Shown here one piece after another: positions 53,137 through 64,000 of a DNA stretch of 64,000 bases. Source of the stretch: Octopus sinensis (lineage: Eukaryota); the NCBI RefSeq assembly GCF_006345805.1, contig NC_043000.1, positions 19,530,001 to 19,594,000 of the forward strand. The letters run 5' to 3'. Each line of letters begins with the position of its first letter. The first letter of the stretch is position 1. Made by a program: the position numbers and the translations under genes. The notes beneath the pieces are model-generated. The model worked only from the letters and a program-made list of their open reading frames with translations, was not told the origin of the DNA and searched no databases.

Positions 53137-53391
53137 GATACGCACACAGCGTTACGTACCCAAAGCTAATACGGGCCAACTACAGTTCCGCATCTATGTA
53201 ACATTGGTGCACACCAATCACTGGCTTCCTCTCCACCGTCAATCTTTTATCTTGAATAAATCGTGCCCAGTGCTTATTCTATGGGTCTCTCTTGCTGAAC
53301 CGCTAGGTTACAGGATCGTAAACAAACAATCACCGGTTATCCAGCGGTGGTGACGGATAAACATATCCCAAAACAAAAGCACACACACACA

Positions 53392-53440
<49 letters not shown>

Positions 53441-53841
53441 TACATAAGAAATACTAAATTTCTAAATCTCTCGTAGAGGGGGTGTTTGTCTCCCCTTCGT
53501 AAATGTATATAAGAACACAGGGGAATGTGTCAAAGCCATCAGGAGGCGTCGTCGAGCTTCCTAGGGCTATACAGCGGTGGTTACCCCCTACTGTCACGTT
53601 CGTGTTAGATTGACAGTATACAACCATTATATATGGCTGAAACAAGAAAAACGAGTAAAAGAGAAAAGAGTAAGATATATATATATAATAGTTGTATATA
53701 TATATATATAATAAATAAATAATATATATATATATATATAATATATATATATATTATATATATTATATATATATATATTATATATATGATGTTGTATATA
53801 TATATATATATAAGCAAAAATGCTAGTTCTAAAAGATCAAC

Positions 53842-53896
53842 GCAGTACTGAAGAGAGGCAGAAATAACCCGAAACCAGGCTGGTCTGGTCTGCTGC
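53842..53896 (+). ncRNA. Type I hammerhead ribozyme motif with canonical core
   Basis: gcagta-CTGAAGA-g(a)gg cagaaataa ccc-GAAACCAG gctggt CTGGTC^tgctgc. Confidence 0.65.
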
Positions 53897-54065
53897 TGCT
53901 GCCGCCGCTAGTAAGTGGCGAGGGTTCACTCCCCTGCCCGCAATATCTCGCATGCAGTTGTGCATCGTTAACCAACTAGTGGAGATGTCCTCTTGGGTGT
54001 TAAAGACCTGCAGTAAAGTCCTTTCGAACAGACAGCCATGTTGAAGTGGGTGCGAACATTACTTT

Positions 54066-54097
<32 letters not shown>

Positions 54098-54119
54098 ATA
54101 TATAATATATACATATTCT

Positions 54120-54330
54120 TATCTTTACATGTTAAGTCATTTTGACTGCGGCCATGCTGGAACACCGCCTTTTGGTCGAAGTAATCGACCCCCAGGACTA
54201 TTCGTTGTAAGCCGGTACTTATTCCATCGATCTCTCTTGACGACCGCTAAGTTACGGAAACGTTAAACACACCCATCATCGTCTGTCAAGAGATGGTGGG
54301 TGGACAAAAACACAGACCACAAAGACTCAT
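54120..54330 (-). mobile_element. SINE family A, 3' half, degraded
   Basis: Body match. Confidence 0.7.
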
Positions 54331-54341
54331 TACCTATAAAC

Positions 54342-54372
<31 letters not shown>

Positions 54373-55149
54373 ATATATATAGGAGAGGATAAATAAAAAT
54401 ATATGCATATCATACAAACATATGTATCCGTACCATACATCTACCATGTATATAATACATGCATATATAAATATTATAAGGGGAGTACAGGACATCACAA
54501 TAAGACGTACAGAAACGGAAAAAAGCCAAAAAACAACAAACAAAAAACAAGAAACGGAAAACGAACAAAAAAACAAGGGAAAAACGAAAAACAATTACAG
54601 GACGAGCTACACAAGGACAAAAACCCCCGTCATCAGCTGTCGCTAGAGGAGTCAGGCATGTTTCGAAGGCATAACAGAACACTAATCCAATAGGCCTTCC
54701 TGCGAGAGAATTAAAATAAAATTCCAAGCAGCGGGCAAAATGAGTACGAACAACAAACAAGAACGTAAACAATAAGATGCACAATTAAAATACATGTACA
54801 AAACAAACACAACAGGACGAACGAAAAAGCCTTTTTCTGGCATAGACAAACGATAAAACTGCAAAAATAAAAATACCATGTACAAAAAGTACAATTAGTT
54901 ACAAAACGAGAAAATAACAAGAATACTATACAGGAAATCAACCACACAAGGGGAACGAACGAAAAGAAGCCTTTTGCTGGCAAGGACGAAAGTGTAGTAG
55001 CAGCGCGTGGTGGAGGCAGTCTTTTCAATAGTGGGAACCACGTGTAAAGGAATTTTGTTTTATAGGCAAGAAGAGGGAAGGAGGAGGGGGACACGCGGGC
55101 GAAGAGAGAGGAGGAGGGAGGGAGAAAGATTATATATATATATATATAT

Positions 55150-55640
55150 ATAATAGAAATATTAAAATTACTAAGTCTCTCTAAAGGAGATTACGACAGC
55201 GTTACTGGAATTAATAGTTATCGCCATACTTATAAATATAAGACTGCCATATTAGTATGGCGATAACTATTAATTTCCAGTAACGCTGTCGTAATCTCCT
55301 TTAGAGAGACTTAGTAATTTTAATATTTCTATTATTGAAAACAAGTGGATGTATTCCACTGAAGCTAGGTAAATAAAGCCTTCGAACTGGGACGATCAGT
55401 AGGAACACCTGCAAGTCTGACTACGCTGCATTGATAAGGGGCAACAACCCTGAAACGTCGTCTGTAGCTGTCTGACTGGCAGGATGAAGCGGCTGACTTC
55501 CCTTGTTCGAAGGTTATAATGGACGCAGTTTGTGTGTCAAATAGCTAGCTTAAGGCTATGGCCTCATGGAGCTAATCAGCGACAGCTTTAGTCTTCTATT
55601 TAAAGACAGCCATATTAGTATGGCGATAACTATTAATTTT
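55150..55640 (+). mobile_element. Penelope-like pLTR, same family as 19895-20620, with its own 5' fold-back
   Basis: Arms 55150-55230 / 55254-55335; the sense unit contains a hammerhead at 55425-55468. Confidence 0.75.
55425..55468 (+). ncRNA. Minimal hammerhead motif (U3:A8 variant)
   Basis: gctgca-TTGATAA-gggg caacaa ccct-GAAAC gtc GTC^tgtagc. Confidence 0.6.
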
Positions 55641-55656
55641 ATATATATATATTATC

Positions 55657-55727
<71 letters not shown>

Positions 55728-55739
55728 ATATATATATAT

Positions 55740-55785
<46 letters not shown>

Positions 55786-56420
55786 CTATATATATATAGA
55801 TATATATATATATATATCTATATATAATATATATACAGAGGCATACTACGGCTTCTTTCTGTTTCTGTCTACCGGATCCACCACTCTCAAGGCTTTGGTT
55901 GGCCTAAGGCTATAGTAGAAGGCACTTGACCAAGATGTCATGCAGTGGACTGAACTCGGAACCATCTGGGTGGGAATCAAGCTTCTTACCACGCATCCAC
56001 GCGTGCTGCTCTATAATGAGCTCCTTTCAGTTTCTGTCTACCAAATAATGTGGCTGTCCCGGAAGGGACGATTGTTACTGTTGTTTAGTCCCAGGAAGCA
56101 TCGTTTCCAGCTGGCTATACGACAAATATTTGTGTCCTTATTCTTTCGGACAGAGAACGCAAACTTTACCCCACCCCATCCAGCACAAAACAACATCTGT
56201 GAACCGGTTTCTCGGTTATTGCTCTTTATCAATAGAGAGAGGCTGCTTGGCTAGGTGGCGTTACTGAATTCCGTTCGAAAATATGTAGTTTTCAAAGTGA
56301 CACACAATCTCTAAATAGAAACATTATTATTTCTAAATCTCTCAAAGAGAGATATTCGGTAACGGTTTTTTAAAGTAAAGACTATTTGCCAACAGAATGA
56401 GGCCGTCCTGGAAGGGACGA

Positions 56421-57165
56421 CTGAGAGTGCGATGGGTAAATTGCCACCATTTTCTATTTATAATTTCGCGCACGCGCATTGTCTGTTTTTGATTTCGTCA
56501 ACTGCACATTATGCAAGGGTCAGTCAGTTGGGCACAGTGTGTGAGAAAAAACAGCACCATGACGCAATTCACTCTGCTAGAAATTTGAAAACGTCATACT
56601 GTACCGCTTCGCATTCATGCCGGAAGCTCCAATCCGAACAAATGGTGAAAAACCGTTAGCTGCCCTGTCCCCAGAACATAGTAATAAAAATCAAACATCC
56701 AATCAACATCGTGGTGTTTGGAGTGATCACTAGTGATGGCGACGTTATACCTCTATTAATCTTCAGACTCAACTGCTTCAGACTCAACACGGTGGCCTAC
56801 GTCAAGTACCAGCAGGAGGTAGTGCAGCCCTGGGTCAAAAGAGTGACTGCTAGAAAATCCTATATCTGGCAACAGGTCTCAGCATCATGCCACACAAGTA
56901 GGAGTACCCTGTCATGATTATCAGACAATTTCTGCGACTACTTCATCCCTGACATCTGACCACATAACTCCCCAGACTGCAACCCCCTTGATCGTCCAGA
57001 AGCGTTGAAAGCGATTCCGAAGTCGTCTGGAGGTGGTGGTTGAAGTGATTCTATTGAATACATTTACTCTCTAGTATTTCAAGGCATTTATATGTAATTT
57101 TGGTAAATATATCTGTTAAAATGAGATGTCAGTGTTATTTTCATTTTTGCGTAATTTAGACGACA
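56421..57165 (+). mobile_element. maT/DD37D-type Tc1-mariner remnant
   Basis: KHPINIVVFGVITSDGDV...WVKRV...YIWQQ(V)SASCHTSR and a degenerate W-P-NSPDCNPLD. Confidence 0.75.
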
Positions 57166-57180
57166 TATATATAATACACG

Positions 57181-57219
<39 letters not shown>

Positions 57220-57949
57220 ATATACATATATATATACACGCACACTTACACACTCTCATATACACACACGCACACCTTCGATTTGGTATCACCAGTACTT
57301 TATTATCTTCCTTCTTCCCACCTCTCCTACCAACTACCTTTTTCCAACCAGTTGCTAAATCTACAACTTTTTTTATTCTCTCTCTGCTTATTTCCTCGTG
57401 TTCCTTTCTGTTGAAGAGCGTAGGCTCGAAATGTAAGAAACTTGCTCACTTTCTCAAGCGTCAAACTAATACACCTGCATGTTTTTTATACACCTATCCT
57501 GTCCTCGTCTTTTGTTTTTCTGTAAATTTCAAATATATATATATATGTGACAAGTTTCTTTCAGTTTAACTTTGCTAAATACCCTGATGCATTTTTGGTC
57601 GGCCCGAGGCTACAGTAAAATACATTTATCCATGATATTGTGCGATGGAATTGAAACCAAGGTCACATGGTTGGAAAGCAAGTTTCTTGACCACACAATC
57701 AGGTCGGCGCATTATGACACACCAACGCCATATCCACCAGCGATGTATATCCATCGAATAGTTTACTTCTAAATACACTCTTACTGAAAACGTAATTTGG
57801 TGGTCATTGATGGAAAGCCTTTAATCATAGCTGAATTGAATCAGTGCACACCTATGGCAGAACAACCATTAAATATTTCTCCAATACAGTTTAAAAACTA
57901 TCTGAAAGGAAGTTCGTATATAGTCATTTTACCTATGATAAATAACAGA

Positions 57950-58180
57950 CATATCTCCCCAAACTCATAAGCTATCGTTTTAAGTAACGATTGACCTACG
58001 GGAAACATCAACTAAATTTCCCTCAAATCATAGGTCATGTTTTAAAATAAAGATTAACCTACGAGAAATAGCGGTCAATCTTCCCTGAAATCATGTGTTA
58101 TAATTTTAAATAAAGGCTGACCACGAGAAATAACGGTAAAATTTCCTTCAACTCGTATGCAGTCGTTTAAAATATGGAAT
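57950..58180. repeat. Degenerate tandem repeat of about 62 bp, about 4 copies
   Basis: Recurrent ttccct-aaatcat...acgagaaata-cggt motif. Confidence 0.6.
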
Positions 58181-58606
58181 GATAAGAAACAAGTCAACAT
58201 ATTTAGAGTATTTTATAATCGATTAGACATACCCAAAAATTTCAATGGTACTAAGTGGTAGCGTTCCAAGAGAGATTAAAACCAAACTCGGTATTCCATA
58301 GGACTTGTCCAACCCTCTACTAATTTGGCCAATTGATTTCATTATCGATTTCTAACATTGGCACAAGGCCACACATTTGGTTGTAGGGTTACCATCGATT
58401 ACATCAACGTATCTACTTGAATGTTAAATCATCATTATCATCATCATGTAACGTCCATTTTCCCTGCTGGCCGTGAGCTGAATGGTTTCATAGGTTTCAG
58501 TGAGCAGCAGGCTGCGCCAAGCTCCAATGTCTGTATGGCATGGTTCACCGAGTAGCTATTTTCGTGCTACCCGCCCGTGCAAAATAGCCCCAAAAACGTG
58601 CATATA

Positions 58607-58656
<50 letters not shown>

Positions 58657-59173
58657 CTTTTTATATACAAAAAATACAAAAATGGGACAAGAACGCAAAT
58701 CATCCAGACAGGTGATACAAAAAGGGGACATCAAAACATGCAGAGTGACGATACAAAGAAAACAAGGACGGGTCATTCGGAGTTTTCTATCCTCAGTTGA
58801 GTTCCACATCATCTTTGCAATTTCGGCTGGTTATACTCGAGATTGCTCCTATCTGGCCAGCCCCAAGGAAAAACTAACCCAAGAGCATTAGATTCCTTGG
58901 AAGAAAGCAACGAATGTATACGCAAACAAGGATGGAAAAAAAAAACGGAGAATGTTACAATGTTACACAAATAAAATGCAAATATACATACATACATATA
59001 CATACATACATACATACATACATACATAATACATACATACATACATACATATACATACATACATACATATATATATATATAATATATATATATATATGTA
59101 TATGTATAATTATATACATGTATATATATTTGTATATATATATATGTATATATACTGTATATATATGCATTTA

Positions 59174-59207
<34 letters not shown>

Positions 59208-59318
59208 TACGTTATATAATTATATATTTAAATATAACGTAACTAGCAGAATTGCCCGGCGTTGCTCGGGGCTGAATTGCTTGAAAGTACTGTTAATGAT
59301 TGCACTGAATTATGATGA

Positions 59319-59860
59319 TTATTCAGGCAAATATTGATATAAGTTTACGGTGGGAGATAAGGACTTAACGATCAAGCGTGTGCCATTGCATTGTTTTGGG
59401 GGAACCAAATTTCTGATGAGCATTATAGGGGCACCAACTTTAAGTTTGAGAAAGTGTGGTGGTAGTCCGGGGTGCTCAAAGGAATTGAGTACCTCTATTG
59501 GATAGTTGATGACGTCCTCTGGGTCAGGAGTTGTATCGATAGACTGATATACATAGACTTCCCCAGGAATGAGTTTTAGCATTTCATCATTAATATGGTG
59601 AACAGTTTTATTCCTCGGGGCCAGTATAGCCTTTTTGCCAATCCAATCCATATTCTGATAATTAGCTTGTAGATCTGGGAACACTGCATCTCTGAGATCA
59701 GAAGGCATCTTAACAATGGTACAAATGGAATCGATGGCAATATTACCATTTTCATCCCCTGGTATTTTGCCTTCGCCAAGTGCAAGGAGGGTGTGAGGAA
59801 ATGCTGCTGATGTGATATTACGTCGCATATGAGCACGCATATTGGTGTGAAGTTTGAGAG
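59319..59860 (-). pseudogene. PIF1 helicase internal fragment (Helitron-derived)
   Basis: KLHTNMRAH...AILAPRN...YPIEVLNS...GLPPHFLKLKVGAPIMLIRNL...CNGTRL. Confidence 0.95.
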
Positions 59861-60087
59861 TTACTTCCCTTTATTAAAAAAAATATGCATTAAAATGGAA
59901 AAAAATGATGGTAAATTATTTGTAAAATCATAGACTCATCGTAGACGCGCGCTAATACCCAGAAGGGCTCGATATGAATCACGACTATAAGATACCCGGT
60001 TTTGGTTAAACTGAATCGCAAAATGTGGGAGTAGTTAGGAATCTAAATCGGAGTAGACAGACACACAACCTTTCTTTTATATATAAA

Positions 60088-60600
60088 TATTTTCGTCCTA
60101 AAAAACTTTGTATGGATTGAATGGTTACCTCTATGGAAATATATATACACACGTTATACATACATGTGTGCATAGATGAATATATAAATACATTTATATA
60201 TCTATATACACTTTTGGGCGATCTTTGTGCTACTTAGAGATAACTTTAGATCTTATTTTCGTCCTAAAAACTTTGTGCGGAGTGAATGGTTACGTCTATA
60301 GAAATATATACACACACGTTATACATACATCTGTGTATAGATGAATATATAAATACATTTAAATATCTATATACACTTTTGTGCGATCTTTCTGCTACTT
60401 GTATATACTTTAGATGTTATATTCGTCCTAAAAAACTTTGTATGGAGTGAAAGGTTACCTCTATGGAAATATATACACACACATTATACATACATCTGTG
60501 TATAGATGAATATATAAATACATTTAAATATCTATATACACTTTTGGGCGATCTTTCTGCTACTTGGATATAGGTCTTATATTCGTCCTAAAAACTTTCC
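60088..60600. repeat. Tandem repeat of about 164 bp, 3 copies plus a partial
   Basis: Unit starts at 60088, 60254, 60418 and 60578. Confidence 0.92.
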
Positions 60601-60646
60601 TGTCACACACTCACGCACACGCACACACACACACGCACCCTCACAC

Positions 60647-60678
<32 letters not shown>

Positions 60679-61173
60679 GCACGTTAGCTTACAATTTTAT
60701 TTATATATTTGCGTGTCTATGTGTGTAAAGAGGAAGTGGGAGGCAGAGTGAAAGAGTCACTCACTACAGAAAGTGAATTACTTTCGCTTTATTCGTTGCA
60801 CACTGTGTGTGTGCGTTTGCGTGTGCTGTAAACCAGACTAAGAAAAGCATTTGACATACACACCAGAATGTGAGTTTTCTGTAAATTTCGCTTAATTGGA
60901 GTTTAAATTTTAAAAACTGGACCTGGCATGACCCAATGCATTCTACTCTTAAAAATGCTAGGTAAATTGTAATTGAAGAAATCCTATATTGTAGATTTCT
61001 ATAAGTGACAAAGGGAGGCAGATAAAATCTGCCTTTTATAATAAGAGATGTTTTAAATATACCGTAAATGGTCTTTTTACATACTGAACACTACTTGGTA
61101 AAATTATTAATTAATAATTAATTAATTTTACCCTTTTATTATTGACTATATTTATATATATATATATATATAT

Positions 61174-61213
<40 letters not shown>

Positions 61214-61251
61214 TGTGTGTGCGTGTGTATGTGTGTGTGTGTGTATGTATG

Positions 61252-61285
<34 letters not shown>

Positions 61286-61334
61286 TGTATTATGCAAAAT
61301 GGGCTTCTCACAATTTCCGTCAACTAATGTGAAC

Positions 61335-61650
61335 TGGAAGAAACGTTAGCACGCTGGACGAAATTCTTAGCGGTATTTCGTCTGCCGCTACGTTCTGAGT
61401 TCAAATTCCGCCGAGGTCGATTTTGCCTTTCTTCCTTTCGGGGTCGATTAAATAAATACCAGTTACGCACTAGGGTCGATGTAATCGACTTAATCCGTTT
61501 GTCTGTTCTTGTTTGTCCTCTCTGTGTTTAGCCTCTTGTTAGTAGTAAAGAAATAGAAATAGGTATTTCGCCCGTCGTTACCGTCTGAGTTCAAATGAGA
61601 TTGACTTCACCTTTCATCCTTTTCGGCGTTAATAAAATAAGTACTAACTT
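61335..61650 (+). mobile_element. SINE family B, 1.3-mer
   Basis: Body match with an internal restart. Confidence 0.8.
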
Positions 61651-61698
61651 TTGAAACCAATATCATTATTATTATTATTATCATTATTATTATTATTA

Positions 61699-61750
<52 letters not shown>

Positions 61751-62225
61751 GAGTGAGAGAGCAGTTCATGCCATCAAAGTGACACTGGGGTAAAATATAC
61801 GAAGCCCAATATACCCATCATGACTACCCGTCTGATAAGGGCACACCAGGCACATGCATCACAACCATATGTGCGCGACATGGTGATCTCATATCAAGAT
61901 AAACAGTACATGACCTTGCAGGTGGGGCCCAGTTAGAATTTTCTTCAGGTTGAGTAGCCCATCCCGCTCAAACGGTCCCTGAATAAGGGTTGTTTAAGGA
62001 TGTTGAAAGAACCACCCATGTTTCCAGAGGTGAATTATTCAAACCCCAAAGAATCCCTCTCAACACATGGCTATGATGCTCCCCCACTACTTCTGCTCGT
62101 GATCAGAGATGCACATATCGTCAGCCACTAAGGAACATGCTCAACTGGTTAAGGTCAAACAACTGACAAGCAAATCTGTGGTATTGAGCAGAATATTTGC
62201 TGTAGCCCATCTTTTATACCAAGAC
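61751..62225 (-). mobile_element. 475-bp non-coding element between (ATT)n tracts
   Basis: Sharp boundaries to (ATT)n on both sides. Confidence 0.55.
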
Positions 62226-62357
62226 TATTATTATTATTGCTATTATTATTATTATTATTATTATTATTGCTATTATTATTATTATTATTATTATTATTGC
62301 TATTATTATTATTATTATTATTATTATTGCTATTATTATTATTATTATTATTATTGC

Positions 62358-62403
<46 letters not shown>

Positions 62404-62405
62404 GC

Positions 62406-62464
<59 letters not shown>

Positions 62465-62608
62465 TATTATTGCTATTATTATTATTATGATTATTATTAT
62501 TATTATTGCTATTATTATTATTATTATTATTGCTATTATTATTATTATTATTATTATATTATTATTATTGCTATATTATTATTATTATTATTATTGCTAT
62601 TATTATTA

Positions 62609-62643
<35 letters not shown>

Positions 62644-62892
62644 TGCTATTATTATTTATTATTATTATTATTGCTATTATTATTATTATTATTATTATTG
62701 CTATTATTATTATTATTGTATTATTATTATTATCATTATTATTGTTATTGCTATTATTATTATTCTTATTATTATTATTATTGCTATTATTATTATTATT
62801 ATTATTATTATTGCTATATTATTATTATTATTTATTATTATTATTATCATTATTATTGTTATTGCTATTATTATTATTATTATTATTATTGC

Positions 62893-62959
<67 letters not shown>

Positions 62960-62965
62960 GCTGTT
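62226..62965. repeat. (ATT)n microsatellite with periodic GCT variants
   Basis: Explains the poly-Y/I/L ORFs. Confidence 0.95.
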
Positions 62966-62994
62966 GTTGTTGTTGGTAGTGGTGGTGTTGTGAA

Positions 62995-63170
62995 GGCTGT
63001 GAGCTGACGGAATAGTTAGCACGTGGGGTAAAATGCTTAGCGGCGTTTTCTCAATCTTTGCGTTCTAAGTCAAAATTTTGCCGAGGTCGACTTAGCCATT
63101 CATCTTTTCGGGGTCAATAAAATAAGTACCAATTGTGCACTGGGGTCGATGTAATCGACACCCCACACAA
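62995..63170 (+). mobile_element. SINE family B, degraded
   Basis: Head and CORE-like body recognisable. Confidence 0.65.
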
Positions 63171-63689
63171 CAAAATTTCAGATTTTATACCTATAGTAGA
63201 AAAGATAATTATCATCATCATCATCATCATCATTCAGGCGCAAACTTGGCTGTCTGATTAAGGAGCTCGCTTTACAAGAACGTAGTTTCGGGTTCAGCTC
63301 CACTGCGCGGCATTTTGGGTAATTTCTTCCACATTTACGTCTTAAATTACATCAGCTCACTGGACTATAGGTACTAAGTTCAAATCCCGCCGGGGCCATA
63401 TTTATCTTTCAATATTCTGGGATCGCTAAATAAAGCGCTAGTCAGTATAGGGGATAGATTCTCCTTCTCTCCTTCTTTGTCCCTCTCTGGATGTAATCAG
63501 TTTTAAAAATGCCGAAGATACGCTGCATGTCCCAACGGTGCATCAACAACATCAGCAAAAGTTAAGGATTCTCACCTTCCATAGCCACCCAGATATATCA
63601 TTTCGTCTTACAAAACAGTTGGGATAGCCATGGTTGGAAAGTCTCTATTTGTTAATTACACCATTAACAATAAATTTTATTTTTTATTT

Positions 63690-64000
63690 GCCTCAGTCAT
63701 TAAACTGCGCCATGCTGGTGCACCACATTGAAGAATTATTTTTTAAAGCCTCGTAATTATTCTATCAGTCTATTTTATCGACCCGCTAGGTTACAGGGAA
63801 GTAAACTCACCACTCTTGGTTGTCAAGCGGTGGTGGGAAACAAACGCATGCACAAAGACTCACACACACACACATGTATATGTATGTGTGTGTGTGTGTG
63901 TGTATACGATGGGCTTCTTTCGGTTTCCGTCCGTCAAATCCTGTCACAAGGCATTGATCAACTCAGAGCTATATTTGAAGATTCCTGCCCAAATTGTTAC
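63690..64000 (-). mobile_element. SINE family A, degraded, runs off the window
   Basis: Body match. Confidence 0.7.

Larger units (their letters stand above)
59243..61048 (-). mobile_element. Composite non-autonomous Helitron (two 5' ends, 164-bp tandem array, helicase fragment, one 3' end)
   Basis: 5' A|TCtcttattataaaa at 61048; second 5' end at ~60087; 3' cccgagcaacgccggg plus CTAG|T at 59243. Confidence 0.75.

Noticed and set aside
54654-54706. Minus-strand gaaggc/gccttc stem plus GAAAC as a hammerhead
   Set aside because: Core (ctcgcag) and cleavage triplet are degenerate; at best a dead remnant.
58815-58870. Minus-strand ggctgg/ccagcc stem plus GAAA as a hammerhead
   Set aside because: No CUGANGA-like core upstream.

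Overview
Eukaryotic, AT-rich, almost entirely repetitive DNA. The dominant SINE families and microsatellite landscape match what I recall from Octopus genomes; this is inference and was not searched. No host gene can be called with confidence, and most ORFs in the supplied track are translations of microsatellites or satellite. Real coding signal comes only from mobile elements: (1) a near-complete autonomous Helitron (5' TC at 11409; Rep-HUH plus PIF1 helicase over 12213-16719, broken by three frameshifts), followed by a 6.5-kb 13-bp satellite; (2) a 5'-truncated R4/Dong-type RLE retroelement inserted in a (TAA)n tract; (3) a 5'-truncated RTE LINE between (GTA)n tracts; (4) Penelope-like GIY-YIG remnants; (5) mariner and maT transposase remnants; (6) a composite non-autonomous Helitron that keeps a piece of helicase. 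The most interesting hidden layer is at least four minimal hammerhead-ribozyme motifs from three repeat families. They sit in Penelope-like pseudo-LTR units; two carry a compensatory U3:A8 core and are associated with independent fold-back inversions. Also present are piggyBac-like and Tc1/pogo-like MITEs, a probable solo LTR, several long palindromes and many SINEs. Coordinates were read by eye and may be off by a few bases.
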